Shown here: piece after piece, positions 15,030 through 25,239 of the stretch | Layout of the letters: every line of letters starts with the position of its first letter | Numbering within the stretch: the stretch's first letter is position 1 | From: Thermodesulfobacteriota bacterium | GTDB lineage: Bacteria > Desulfobacterota > WTBG01 > JAGOGO01 | DNA: 32,000 nt | NCBI GenBank assembly: GCA_026625185.1 | Contig: CP113000.1 | Span: forward strand, 495,622-527,621 | Direction of reading: 5' to 3' | Notes under the pieces: generated by a model | What the model saw: the letters and a program-made list of their open reading frames with translations, nothing else | What the model was told of the DNA's origin: nothing | Databases searched by the model: none | Position numbers and translations under genes: made by a program

Positions 15030-17683
15030 AAAAAAGATCAGGCAGTGAGATTCGTAGGTTGTTTTTGGAGTATTTTGAGAATAAAAGCCATAAGGTGGTT
15101 AAAAGCTCACCCCTTATTCCCAAAAACGACCCCACGCTTCTTTTTACCAATGCGGGAATGGTGCAGTTTAAAGGAGTGTTTTTAGGACAAGAAACACGGG
15201 ATTATCTCCGGGCAACTTCATCGCAAAAATGCTTTCGCGCAAGCGGAAAACACAATGACTTGGAAAACGTCGGACATACCGCCCGCCACCACACGTTTTT
15301 TGAAATGCTCGGAAACTTCTCCTTTGGGGATTATTTCAAAGAAGGGGCAATAGAGTTTAGCTGGGAATTTTTAACGACGACCTTGGAACTTCCTCTGGAA
15401 AGACTTTGGGTCACGGTTTATGAAGAAGACGACGAAGCTGAAAAGATCTGGCTTCGGAAAACCGGAATACCGCAAAGCCGGATTGTCCGGATGGGGAAAG
15501 AAGACAATTTTTGGGCTATGGGCGACACCGGACCGTGCGGTCCATGCTCAGAGATTATTATTGATCAAGGCCCTGAGGTTGGGTGCGGCCAACCTGATTG
15601 TAAAGTGGGGTGTGATTGCGACCGTTATCTTGAGCTGTGGAATCTGGTTTTCATGCAGTTCAACCAGGATGAGAAAGGGGTTATGACTCCTTTACCCAAA
15701 CCGAGTATAGACACCGGTATGGGGTTAGAGCGCGTCAGCGCTGTTGTCCAGGGGGTAAAGAGCAATTACGATATTGACCTTCTGAGAAACATTATCGCCT
15801 TTATTGAACAACTCTCTGAGAAAGGTTATGGAAAAGCACTTCGGGATGATATTTCGATGCAGGTTATTGCCGACCACGGTCGAGCGGTTGCCTTTCTCAT
15901 CGCTGATGGTGTGATTCCGTCTAATGAGGGCCGGGGGTATGTGCTTCGCCGGGTAATCCGCCGGGCGGTTCGTCATGGGAAAAAACTTGGGTTAACAAAG
16001 CCGTTTCTTTTTCAAACGACCGGAGTCGTGGTTGATATCATGCGGGATGCTTACCCGGAATTAGCAGACGCGCGAAATTTTATCGCCCAGGCAGTCAAAA
16101 ACGAAGAAGAGCGGTTCTCAGAAACATTAGAGGTCGGGTTAAAACTTTTACAGGAAGAAATCGAAAATGTAAAAACAAAAAACCAGGCGTCTGTGCCGGG
16201 AGAGGTGATTTTTAAACTTTATGACACCTATGGGTTTCCCCTCGACCTAACTGCGGATATTGTGCGGGAAATGGGACTCGGGATCGATGAAGAAGGATTT
16301 CAAAAGGCCATGAATTCCCAACGGGCAAAAGCCCGGGAAGCCTGGAAAGGTTCAGGTGAAGAAGCGACCCAGGAAGTTTACCAAAAACTTATTCATGAGG
16401 GCATGAAAACGGTTTTTCGCGGCTATGAATCCCTTGAAGGCGATTCCACGATCGGATGTATTCTGGTCAAAGATTTTCTGCGGGATGAGGTTGGTTCAGG
16501 AGAGGTGGCTCACATCGTAACCTTAGATACCCCCTTTTACGGGGAAAGCGGAGGGCAGGTGGGAGACAAAGGCTGGATGGAAGGTGAGGGGTGGACCGGG
16601 GAGGTGCTGGACACGCTTCGTCCGCTGCCGGAACTTATCCTTCATCAGGTTAAAGTAACCAAAGGTAAAGCGAGAAAAGGAACCAGGGTTAAACTTGTTG
16701 TTGACGCGCGGGAAAGAAGAGCAGTGGCGGCAAATCATACTACCACGCACATTCTTCAGTCGGTTCTCCGGGAGGTTCTCGGCGATCATGTCCATCAGGA
16801 AGGTTCTCTGGTTACCCCTGAACGGTTCCGCTTTGACTTTACCCATTTTTCTCCTCTCTCAGAGCGGGAACTTAAGCGGGTGGAAGAACTGGTTAATCAA
16901 AGAATTCGGGAAAACGCACCCGTAAAGGTGGAAACCCTTACGCTTGAGGAAGCCCAGCAAAAAGGCGCGATCGCTCTTTTTGGCGAAAAATACGGGGAAA
17001 CGGTAAGAATGGTGCAAGTGGGAAGTTTTAGCCGAGAGCTTTGTGGGGGGACGCATGCGGCTTTTTCCGGGGACATAGGGTTTTTTAAGCTCATTTCGGA
17101 AACTGGTGTGGCGGCGGGTGTTCGCAGAATCGAAGCAGTTACCGGAGAGGGAGCGTGGCAGTATATTCGTACCTGGCAAGAAGAAGTTGAAGAACTGGAA
17201 ACTCTTTTAAAAACCCCTAAAGGCGAATTAGTAAGCAGGGTCAAAAAACTTTTAGAAGAGGAGAAGAATCTTCATCGGGAATTAGAAAAATTTAAAAGTC
17301 AAATGGCCAGCAATCAATCTCGAGATCTTTTAAGCGAGGTCAAAACCATCGCCGGGATTAAGGTGCTGGTGGCCCAGGTTGAAGCTCCTGATCCCAAGGT
17401 TCTTCGGGAGTTTGCTGATAAAGTGCGGGATCGCATTGGTTCCGGGATTATCGTTTTGGGCGCAAAAAGTGAGGATAAGGCGATACTCTTGGTTATGGTT
17501 ACCAAAGACCTCACCTCTCGTTTTTCCGCGGGGGAGTTAATAAAGCCGATCGCCTCATTGGTGGGAGGCAAGGGAGGGGGAAGGCCGGATTTAGCTCAAG
17601 CAGGGGGGCCGTTTAAAGAGAAGCTCGAAGAGGCTTTAACAAAAGCACCTGAGGCCATCGCTCACGCTGATGCGAAGGTTTAG
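15026..17683 (+). CDS. alaS: alanine--tRNA ligase
   Basis: 885 aa. 'FTNAGMVQFK', 'RHHTFFEMLGNFSFGDYFK', editing-domain 'HTTTHIL ... CGGTH' and C-terminal DHHA1 'GGKGGGRPDLAQAGG'. It overlaps the recX stop by 4 nt. Confidence 0.97.
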   Translation: MKKRSGSEIRRLFLEYFENKSHKVVKSSPLIPKNDPTLLFTNAGMVQFKGVFLGQETRDYLRATSSQKCFRASGKHNDLENVGHTARHHTFFEMLGNFSFGDYFKEGAIEFSWEFLTTTLELPLERLWVTVYEEDDEAEKIWLRKTGIPQSRIVRMGKEDNFWAMGDTGPCGPCSEIIIDQGPEVGCGQPDCKVGCDCDRYLELWNLVFMQFNQDEKGVMTPLPKPSIDTGMGLERVSAVVQGVKSNYDIDLLRNIIAFIEQLSEKGYGKALRDDISMQVIADHGRAVAFLIADGVIPSNEGRGYVLRRVIRRAVRHGKKLGLTKPFLFQTTGVVVDIMRDAYPELADARNFIAQAVKNEEERFSETLEVGLKLLQEEIENVKTKNQASVPGEVIFKLYDTYGFPLDLTADIVREMGLGIDEEGFQKAMNSQRAKAREAWKGSGEEATQEVYQKLIHEGMKTVFRGYESLEGDSTIGCILVKDFLRDEVGSGEVAHIVTLDTPFYGESGGQVGDKGWMEGEGWTGEVLDTLRPLPELILHQVKVTKGKARKGTRVKLVVDARERRAVAANHTTTHILQSVLREVLGDHVHQEGSLVTPERFRFDFTHFSPLSERELKRVEELVNQRIRENAPVKVETLTLEEAQQKGAIALFGEKYGETVRMVQVGSFSRELCGGTHAAFSGDIGFFKLISETGVAAGVRRIEAVTGEGAWQYIRTWQEEVEELETLLKTPKGELVSRVKKLLEEEKNLHRELEKFKSQMASNQSRDLLSEVKTIAGIKVLVAQVEAPDPKVLREFADKVRDRIGSGIIVLGAKSEDKAILLVMVTKDLTSRFSAGELIKPIASLVGGKGGGRPDLAQAGGPFKEKLEEALTKAPEAIAHADAKV

Positions 17684-17736
17684 TCCTTTTTATTTTTTCT
17701 GGTCAAAAAAATGGAACTTTAGTGTCTTAGGGAGAT

Positions 17737-18537
17737 TTATTTAATTGATATTTTTACCTCTTCAAATTTTTCTTCCCGACCGGGGTCTTCCAACAGGCTT
17801 TCTGTCTCGGGGGCAAGGGGACTGTCAGGGTATTCTTTTAAAAGCGCGATAAATTGATCTCGGGCATTTTCCGGTTGATTTGCGCGGAGGTAAAGCTTTC
17901 CGATTTGAAACATAAGCTGATCAGGGGAGACAATGTACTCCCGGTAATTTTGTAATGCTTCTACATAGCGATAGAGGGCAGAGTTATATTCTTTGGTTCG
18001 GAAATAAAAATTTGCTATATAAAGAATTTGCTCGGCCAGATTTTTTTTACATTTCTCGATTTTTTTTCGGGCAGAAGAAACGTAAGGAGAAGAGGGAAAT
18101 AAAGCCACCAGTGTCTCGAAATGTTTCACTGCCTCCTGAGTGAAAGTTTGATCCCGATCAATTGAGCAGATTTGTTTATAGTAGGACATGCCCATCTGGT
18201 AATAGACGTAGTCGATAAATTTATACTTAGGATGCAGGCGGGAAAATTCTTGATACTTAATAACAGCGGTCCCATATTGTTTTTGATAATAGAGGCAGTC
18301 AGCCATTTTTAATTCCGATTTAACTCCCAAATCGCTGACGGGATAGCGGGTACGACACTGTTGAAAGGCTTCAAATGCATCAATATAATTATTTTTTTTA
18401 TATAAATTCATGCCCTTGGAGTAAAGCTCCTCAGCCGGGGCTGCGGGAGGCAGTTCTTTTTTCCCTTTAAAAAGGCCGCAAGCGCTTGAACAACAACAAG
18501 CAATAACGAGAAGAACAATAAGAATAATATTTCTCAT
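17737..18537 (-). CDS. bamD: outer membrane protein assembly factor BamD (TPR lipoprotein)
   Basis: Signal peptide with lipobox (LLVIAC), TPR-like repeats, and 'AEELYSKGMNLYKKNNYIDAFEAFQ ... YP.S' typical of BamD/YfiO. Confidence 0.8.
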   Translation of the reverse strand: MRNIILIVLLVIACCCSSACGLFKGKKELPPAAPAEELYSKGMNLYKKNNYIDAFEAFQQCRTRYPVSDLGVKSELKMADCLYYQKQYGTAVIKYQEFSRLHPKYKFIDYVYYQMGMSYYKQICSIDRDQTFTQEAVKHFETLVALFPSSPYVSSARKKIEKCKKNLAEQILYIANFYFRTKEYNSALYRYVEALQNYREYIVSPDQLMFQIGKLYLRANQPENARDQFIALLKEYPDSPLAPETESLLEDPGREEKFEEVKISIK

Positions 18538-18646
18538 ACCATATATCCGGTTGATAAAAATTTTAATAAAATGGATTTCATGCTGCCATAGGCAGTTATA
18601 TTTGTCAAGTTAATCTACATCCCGACTAAGAAAGAAGGGGGTTGGT

Positions 18647-19471
18647 TTGATTATTGATTTTCATTTTCATGTAGGGAAAAGTGAACAATATTTGCCGTGG
18701 GCGAGGGCCTGGAGCAGCAAATATGGCATAGATTCTGACGCAATTCTCGATAAAAAGACGATCAGCCAGTTCCTGGCAACGGAAGGGGTTGACTATGCTG
18801 TGGCTTTGGCAGAGCTAAGTCCGGCTACTACTGGGTGGGTTTCTAATGAATTTGTGGCTGATTTTTGTGGGGGCATCCCTGCGCTAATACCTTTTGCTAA
18901 TATTAATCCTTTTGTTATCTCCCGGCCGGCTGAAAAACTAACTTACTACGTTCAGGAAATGGGGTTTCGGGGACTTAAACTTCTTCCCAGCTACCAATAC
19001 TTTTATCCGAATGATCCCTTTCTCTACCCGATTTACGAAAAAGCCCAGGCACTCAAAATACCGGTTTTAATCCACACCGGAAGTTCAACCTTTAAAGGCA
19101 CCAGAATAAAATATGCCGACCCTTTGTATATTGATGATGTGGCGGTCGATTTTCCTGACTTAGTGATTGTGCAGGCTCACGGCGGGAGAGGTTTTTGGTA
19201 TGATCGGGCTTTTTTTATGGCAAAAATCCACCCGAATGTTTACCTGGAGATATCAGGATTACCGCCACAAAAAACACTGGAATATTTTCCTAATCTGGAG
19301 GAGGAAGCCGATAAAATAATTTTCGGGTCTGATTGGCCGGGGATTCCGGGGATTAAAAAGAATATTGAAGCAATTCGCAATCTTCCTCTTAAGGAAGAGA
19401 CTAAAAAAAAGATCCTTGGTTTCAATGCGGCCCGGATTTTGGGAATCATACCAAGTAGCATTCAAAAGTAA
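18647..19471 (+). CDS. amidohydrolase-2 family metal-dependent hydrolase (TIM barrel)
   Basis: 'IIDFHFHV' at the N-terminus (HxH metal site), 'VLIHTG' and 'IIFGSDWP' motifs of PF04909-type amidohydrolases. TTG start with SD aagggggt. Confidence 0.75.
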   Translation: MIIDFHFHVGKSEQYLPWARAWSSKYGIDSDAILDKKTISQFLATEGVDYAVALAELSPATTGWVSNEFVADFCGGIPALIPFANINPFVISRPAEKLTYYVQEMGFRGLKLLPSYQYFYPNDPFLYPIYEKAQALKIPVLIHTGSSTFKGTRIKYADPLYIDDVAVDFPDLVIVQAHGGRGFWYDRAFFMAKIHPNVYLEISGLPPQKTLEYFPNLEEEADKIIFGSDWPGIPGIKKNIEAIRNLPLKEETKKKILGFNAARILGIIPSSIQK

Positions 19472-19555
19472 ATCGAGGCGGCGACGAGGAGACAACAAAG
19501 ATATGCAAATGAAGGCGACTTGGAATCAAGGTTTAAGCATGGGAAAGAGAGTGCA

Positions 19556-20944
19556 ATGAAGGATTCAGTGGCTATCATTTTAGCAGCCGGCGAAGGAAAG
19601 CGGATGAAGTCTGCTACCGCGAAAATTCTTCATCCTTTAGCGGGGAAACCCTTGCTTTTTTATCCCCTCAATGCGGCCCGGAAGGTTAAGTCGCAGAAAA
19701 TTATCGTGGTGGTTGGCTATCAAGGGGAAAAAGTAAAAAGAACTTTTTCTGATGAAGATATTATTTTTGTTACTCAGTGGAAACAATTGGGAACCGGTCA
19801 TGCTGCAGCAAGCGCTCGTGATGCTTTGACCGGATTTAAGGGAGATGTTCTCATCCTTTGCGGTGATATTCCTTTAATTAAAGATTCTACGCTGGCGACA
19901 TTGATTGCGCTCCACCAGGAGGCAAAAAATTTAGTAACGGTTTTAACGACAACGATGAAGAACCCGACCGGGTATGGGCGTATCGTTCGAGACCACAAGG
20001 GACTCGTCCAAAAAATCATAGAAGACAAGGATGCTACCTCTCAAGAAAAAGAGATCTCGGAGATTAATTCAGGCATCTATTGCTTTGACGCAGAATTTCT
20101 TTTTGAGGCCCTCGAATCGCTTTCTCGGCAGAATGCCCAAAATGAATATTATCTCACCGACACTATCGCGATCGCCCGGGATCGGGGAAAGAGCGTGGGT
20201 GCGGTGTGCGCTGCCGATGAAACCGAAGTAATGGGTATCAACAACCGGATCGAGCTTGCTCAGGCAAGTGACGTCATGAGGATGCAGATTCTTGAGAAAC
20301 TCATGCTCGAAGGCGTTTCCGTCATTAATCCTAAAGATACCTATATCGACTTTGGTGTGACCATCGGGAAGGACACGCTTATCTGTCCGAACACCTTTCT
20401 CATGGGGAATACCGACATCGGGGAGAATTGCCTAATCGAACCCGGCTGTCAAATCAAGGATAGTAAGATCGGCAACCAGGTAACCGTGCGATTGGCATCC
20501 GTTATCCACGAAAGCATTATCCGGGATCGCGCGACAATCGGTCCTTTTGCGCATATCCGGCCAGGATCGGATGTGGGTGAAGGAGTCCGGATCGGAAACT
20601 TTGTGGAGGTAAAGAAAACTACTATCGGGAAAGGTTCGAAAGCGTCCCACCTTACCTATCTGGGCGACACAACTGTGGGAAGCGAGGTAAATGTAGGAGC
20701 CGGAACGATTACCTGCAACTACGATGGCGTCTCCAAACACCAAACCATTATCGAGGATGGGGTATTCATCGGAAGCAATACCGAACTGGTCGCTCCGGTA
20801 AAGATTGGTAAGGAGGCTCTTATTGGCGCGGGTTCAACCATAACCAAAAATGTGCCCCCAGGGAATCTTGCTATCAGTCGCGCTAAACAGGTTAATTTAC
20901 CCAAGAAGCCTTTTTTAGGGAAAAAAGAAGAGAAGGAGCCTTAA
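19556..20944 (+). CDS. glmU: bifunctional UDP-GlcNAc diphosphorylase / GlcN-1-P N-acetyltransferase
   Basis: I prefer the ATG at 19556. 'AIILAAGEGKRMKS', 'EYYLTD' and C-terminal left-handed beta-helix hexapeptide repeats. It lies immediately upstream of glmS. Confidence 0.95.
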   Translation: MKDSVAIILAAGEGKRMKSATAKILHPLAGKPLLFYPLNAARKVKSQKIIVVVGYQGEKVKRTFSDEDIIFVTQWKQLGTGHAAASARDALTGFKGDVLILCGDIPLIKDSTLATLIALHQEAKNLVTVLTTTMKNPTGYGRIVRDHKGLVQKIIEDKDATSQEKEISEINSGIYCFDAEFLFEALESLSRQNAQNEYYLTDTIAIARDRGKSVGAVCAADETEVMGINNRIELAQASDVMRMQILEKLMLEGVSVINPKDTYIDFGVTIGKDTLICPNTFLMGNTDIGENCLIEPGCQIKDSKIGNQVTVRLASVIHESIIRDRATIGPFAHIRPGSDVGEGVRIGNFVEVKKTTIGKGSKASHLTYLGDTTVGSEVNVGAGTITCNYDGVSKHQTIIEDGVFIGSNTELVAPVKIGKEALIGAGSTITKNVPPGNLAISRAKQVNLPKKPFLGKKEEKEP

Positions 20945-20946
20945 CC

Positions 20947-22776
20947 ATGTGCGGCATCATCGGCTATATGGGAAAACGTAATGTTCAGGAAGTTCTCCTG
21001 AGCGGTCTCCGGAGGCTTGAGTACCGGGGCTATGACTCAGCCGGGATAGCTGTTTTTCATCAGGGCACGATCGCAATCAGTCGCACGGAAGGGAAAATCG
21101 AAAATCTGGAAAAGCAGGTAAAAGACAGTTTATTTGACGGCGACGTTGGGATCGGACATACGCGCTGGGCTACCCACGGCCGGCCCTCAGAAGAAAACGC
21201 GCATCCTCATAGAGATGGTTCGGTGACCATCGTGCACAATGGGATCATCGAAAATTACCTTTCCCTGAAGGAGATGCTGAATAAGAAGGGACACACCTTT
21301 CAGTCCGAAACCGACACCGAGGTTATCGCCCATCTCATCAACCAATACTTCACGGAGGGAAAAGAGTTTGAAGACGCTGTCAGGCAGGCGCTTCAGAAAT
21401 TGAAAGGCACGTATGGCCTCGGGATCATCTGTGAAAAATTTCCTCATATGCTTATTGCGGCCCGAAGGGAAAGTCCGATGATCGTCGGCTTAGGGGAAGA
21501 CGAGTACTTTATTGCCTCCGATATTCCGGCTATCCTCAATTATACCCGCACGATGATCTTTTTAGAGGATGGAGAGATGGCGGTGCTCTCAGAGCATGGA
21601 CCGAGGATTTTCAACCTCAAGGGGAAGCACATTCAGCGGGAACCCAAAATAATTTCGTGGGATCCGGTTATGGCGGAGAAGCAAGGATATAAGCATTTTA
21701 TGCTCAAGGAGATATTCGAACAGCCCCAGGCAATTGCCGATACCATCAGGGGAAGAGTGGCGGAATCTACCAATGAAATTTTCTTTGAACAGATTAATCT
21801 TCCGCCGCAAAACGTTAAGCGGATTGAACGGATTACAATCGTGGCCTGTGGAACATCGTATCATGCCGGGCTGGTAGGCAAGTTTATTATCGAAGGCCTT
21901 ACTCGCATACCGGTGGAGGTTGATCACGGATCGGAATTTCGCTATCGCAATCCATTAGTGGATGATACAACCCTCATGATTCTTATTTCCCAATCCGGTG
22001 AGACAGCAGACACCTTAGCGGCTTTAAAAGAGGGAAAGCGAAAAGGAACGAAGCTGCTGGCGATTTGTAATGTGGTGGATTCCAGTCTGGTGCGGGGGGC
22101 TGATGGCGTTATGTACACCCGGGCCGGCCCGGAGATCGGCGTGGCTTCGACCAAGGCATTTACTACTCAAATCATTACCCTGTATCTTTTTACGCTTTAC
22201 CTGGGACGGGCACGAGGCTCTTTTTCTGCCAAGGTTTTTCGGGAATTGATTGAAGACCTGCTCAAAGTTTCCCATCAGGCAGAGCACATTTTGGCCCAAG
22301 AGAAAAAGATAAAAGAGGTTGCCCGGAGGTATATGGGATATAACAACTTTCTTTATCTTGGTCGGGGAATAAATTATCCGATTGCCTTGGAAGGCGCTTT
22401 AAAACTTAAAGAAATATCTTACATTCATGCTGAAGGTTATCCTGCGGGAGAGATGAAGCATGGACCAATCGCCCTGATTGACGAACACACCCCAAGCGTG
22501 GTTTTACTGACCAAAAACGGAACCTATGAAAAGATGCTGGGAAACATCGAGGAAATCAAAGCCCGAGAAGGAAAAGTAATAGCAGTTTCTTCTTATAAAG
22601 ATAGGAGTTTGAAAAAAAAGGTTGATGAATTTCTCCTCCTTCCTTCCAATAACCCTTATCTCACAGCGGTTCTGCTTACGATACCTTTGCAGCTTTTAGC
22701 CTATCATGTGGCAGTATTACGAGGCACGGATGTTGATCAGCCCAGAAACCTGGCAAAAAGCGTAACGGTTGAGTGA
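20947..22776 (+). CDS. glmS: glutamine--fructose-6-phosphate aminotransferase
   Basis: N-terminal nucleophile 'MCGIIGY', two SIS domains ('ISQSGETADTL'), C-terminal 'PRNLAKSVTVE'. 609 aa. Confidence 0.97.
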   Translation: MCGIIGYMGKRNVQEVLLSGLRRLEYRGYDSAGIAVFHQGTIAISRTEGKIENLEKQVKDSLFDGDVGIGHTRWATHGRPSEENAHPHRDGSVTIVHNGIIENYLSLKEMLNKKGHTFQSETDTEVIAHLINQYFTEGKEFEDAVRQALQKLKGTYGLGIICEKFPHMLIAARRESPMIVGLGEDEYFIASDIPAILNYTRTMIFLEDGEMAVLSEHGPRIFNLKGKHIQREPKIISWDPVMAEKQGYKHFMLKEIFEQPQAIADTIRGRVAESTNEIFFEQINLPPQNVKRIERITIVACGTSYHAGLVGKFIIEGLTRIPVEVDHGSEFRYRNPLVDDTTLMILISQSGETADTLAALKEGKRKGTKLLAICNVVDSSLVRGADGVMYTRAGPEIGVASTKAFTTQIITLYLFTLYLGRARGSFSAKVFRELIEDLLKVSHQAEHILAQEKKIKEVARRYMGYNNFLYLGRGINYPIALEGALKLKEISYIHAEGYPAGEMKHGPIALIDEHTPSVVLLTKNGTYEKMLGNIEEIKAREGKVIAVSSYKDRSLKKKVDEFLLLPSNNPYLTAVLLTIPLQLLAYHVAVLRGTDVDQPRNLAKSVTVE

Positions 22777-23852
22777 CCATGAATTTTCAAGCGCCAGGTA
22801 ACGCCACGGTCATTGGAAGTTTCCCTCACGCGGAGGCGGACGACGCCCTCCGCATTATCATGGAGTGTGTCCCCACAATTCCGGCCTGGCCTCAGCTCCC
22901 TTTTTATCCGGAAGAACGGATGGTACGACAATATAATGAAGGAATGCCGGGATTACGCATGAAGGAGGATAACGTCTTCTTTGACACCTCCCAACCGGAG
23001 TTCGAAACTGAGCTTTTGGAATTCTACGAAGAATATTTAAAAGTTCTCGATATGGAGCAGATGCCGCTCGATCACAAACTGGGAATTTCCCCTGCTTATA
23101 GCCGAGGATTCCATGTCTTGTATAAGACGTTAGCGGGAGTTGGGTACAAGCCTTTAGCGGTTAAAGGACAAATCGCCGGTCCGTTAACGTTAGCGACCAC
23201 GCTTACTGATCAAGATAGAAGGAGCGCCTATTATGACTCCCGGCTGAGAGACGTAGTGATCAAGACCCTGGCGATAAAGGCCAAGTGGCAGATTCATCAG
23301 CTTCGGGCCATAGGAGCCCCGGTTATTATTTTTATTGATGAGCCCTCTCTTGCTGCCTATGGGTCGAGCGCTTTTTTAGGTATTTCTGAAGACGATGTAA
23401 AAAATGACCTGCAGGAGGTTATTGAACAGATTCACAGCGAAGGGGCGCTCGCGGGAATTCACTGCTGTGAAAACACTGACTGGAGCTTACTCATAAAAGC
23501 TAATCCCGACATCCTTAATTTTGACGCCTACGGTTTTTTTGATAAATTAATTTTATACGCTCAAGACGTAAAGGATTTTATCCAACGAGATAAGATCCTC
23601 GCCTGGGGACTTATACCCACCGGCAATCCTGAGGATATTAAAAAAGAAACTGCCGGTTCACTCATTGAGAGGTGGAAGGGCTATCTAGCGGCATTAGAAC
23701 GGCTTAACATCGAGCGTAAGCGCATTATCTCCCAATCTCTGATTACCCCAAGCTGTGGGACGGGAACGTTAACCCCGGATTTGTCGGAGCGGGTTATGCA
23801 TCTTCTTCGGGAAGTATCGGAAATTTTACAACGAGATTATGTGGAGTATTAA
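22773..23852 (+). CDS. cobalamin-independent methionine synthase / URO-D-like (CIMS superfamily) protein
   Basis: 359 aa, overlaps the glmS stop. 'GSFPH', 'VKGQIAGPLTLA', 'IFIDEPSL' and 'IHCCENTDW' resemble the MetE C-terminal-like fold. The assignment is by-eye only. Confidence 0.45.
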   Translation: MTMNFQAPGNATVIGSFPHAEADDALRIIMECVPTIPAWPQLPFYPEERMVRQYNEGMPGLRMKEDNVFFDTSQPEFETELLEFYEEYLKVLDMEQMPLDHKLGISPAYSRGFHVLYKTLAGVGYKPLAVKGQIAGPLTLATTLTDQDRRSAYYDSRLRDVVIKTLAIKAKWQIHQLRAIGAPVIIFIDEPSLAAYGSSAFLGISEDDVKNDLQEVIEQIHSEGALAGIHCCENTDWSLLIKANPDILNFDAYGFFDKLILYAQDVKDFIQRDKILAWGLIPTGNPEDIKKETAGSLIERWKGYLAALERLNIERKRIISQSLITPSCGTGTLTPDLSERVMHLLREVSEILQRDYVEY

Positions 23853-24313
23853 CCTCCCCGCTTGAGTAATCTGTCCAGGCTTAAGATTCCTCGGTCATAA
23901 AAAAGAACCTGCAGAGAAAGGGTAAACAAAAGCAAATCTCTGATGAAATATAGAAGAGTGATCTTATGTGCTCCGTCGGCAGAAAAGCAGCCGCAGGTTA
24001 TATCGAGACCTCGCAACCAGGTTGATCCAATTGCTCCTAAAAACAACGCCATGAGCACGGTTACCATGACAATGCTCCCCCCGGAAAATAACCCTACGAG
24101 CAGAAAAATCCCCGAAACCAGTTCCAACCAGGGCAGGACAATGGCAAAAAGATTAACACTCACGAGGGGCATGATGCGATAATTAATCACTGCCTGGGCG
24201 AATTGATCCGGCTCCAAAATTTTACTCACACCGGCGTAAATAAAGATAGCTCCTAAGAGTATTCTTCCGATTAAGGCAGTATACGGATGAGCGATAAATT
24301 TTTTAACCATCAT
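23849..24313 (-). CDS. MauE/DoxX-family membrane protein
   Basis: Start trimmed to the ATG at 24313, which forms an ATGA overlap with the rhodanese stop. 4 TM helices and the 'CGCFS' motif typical of MauE/DoxX proteins. Confidence 0.7.
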   Translation of the reverse strand: MMVKKFIAHPYTALIGRILLGAIFIYAGVSKILEPDQFAQAVINYRIMPLVSVNLFAIVLPWLELVSGIFLLVGLFSGGSIVMVTVLMALFLGAIGSTWLRGLDITCGCFSADGAHKITLLYFIRDLLLFTLSLQVLFYDRGILSLDRLLKRGG

Positions 24314-24786
24314 CCCTCTCCCCTTTTTATAGGCATCCCATTTTCCCTCCACTCTTCCCAACCTCCTTCAAATACTTTCACCAGAGCATACCCGTTTTCT
24401 TTAAGTAAAAAGGCCAGGTCTTCGGCATTGGAACATTCCAGCCCCTCACAATACGTGATAATTTCCCGGTCACACGGGATGTCTTTGAGGACAACCGAAG
24501 CTTTTTCAGAAAATTCATAATAAGGAAGGTTCTTCGCCCCGGGAATGTGACCTTCGGCAAATTCTTCCGGCGAGCGGGCATCGAGAATGACAACCCCGGG
24601 CTGTTCATATCTTCCCTTGAGCGTCTGGAGGGAGATGGTATTGCTGTCCTTATTTTCAGAGAGAGGGGATAATAGTTTGGGTCTCAGAAGAGGGAGGCCA
24701 TCAGAGCGAAAAAAGTTGGTCACAAAAGCCAAAATTGTCGCAAAAAGAAAAATACCTATGAACTCTATAATTGATCGTTTCAACAT
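24310..24786 (-). CDS. membrane-anchored rhodanese-domain sulfurtransferase
   Basis: N-terminal TM helix. 'VILDARSPEEFAEGHIPGAKNLP' and the active-site loop 'ITYCEGLECSNA'. Coupled to the DoxX/MauE gene. Confidence 0.8.
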   Translation of the reverse strand: MLKRSIIEFIGIFLFATILAFVTNFFRSDGLPLLRPKLLSPLSENKDSNTISLQTLKGRYEQPGVVILDARSPEEFAEGHIPGAKNLPYYEFSEKASVVLKDIPCDREIITYCEGLECSNAEDLAFLLKENGYALVKVFEGGWEEWRENGMPIKRGEG

Positions 24787-24877
24787 TACCGGTAAAAGTG
24801 CTGCCCAAAAAAAAACCTCCTGCCTGAGAAAAGAAGCTTTTGGGGCAAAAAAATATTATTAATTACGTAATCCTAAT

Positions 24878-25081
24878 TTATTCAAGCTCTAAAGATTGGT
24901 CCATCTCAATGACCGGTTCACTGAAAATAATCACCGTCTGTGATATGGGTAAAAATATCCGATGACGATTTTCTTTAATTTTAATGACAAGATCATAATA
25001 GCCCTTTTCATTTGTCTGCTGGAGAACCCCGGAGGTACCTTTTAGTCCAAGAAGCTCATTATAGATAAAAACTTTCTCCAT
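24878..25081 (-). CDS. hypothetical 67-aa protein
   Basis: Clean ORF with an SD-like aaaggacgcc upstream. Beta-rich sequence, no recognisable family. Confidence 0.45.
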   Translation of the reverse strand: MEKVFIYNELLGLKGTSGVLQQTNEKGYYDLVIKIKENRHRIFLPISQTVIIFSEPVIEMDQSLELE

Positions 25082-25210
25082 GGTGGCGTCCTTTGTTGAG
25101 ATTATCAGAACCAGGTGCTTATCTTTTATAATCAGCTAAATTTAATGTTCCAATGCTTCATATTATATTGTATCATCAGACAATTTTGTCAAGGAATTAT
25201 TTGAAATCTA

Positions 25211-25239
25211 TTGACAATTTCATTTAAACAGAATATAAA
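25211..25239 (+). promoter_or_regulatory. near-consensus sigma-70 promoter reading into cassette array 2
   Basis: TTGACA (25211-25216), 17-nt spacer, TATAAA (25234-25239). The -10 overlaps the start of repeat copy F. Confidence 0.4.

Noticed and set aside
25162-25192. Minus-strand promoter for the 67-aa gene (TTGACA at 25192-25187, TATAAT at 25167-25162)
   Set aside because: Both hexamers are good, but the spacer is 19 nt, outside the usual 16-18 nt. It is therefore not reported as a feature.
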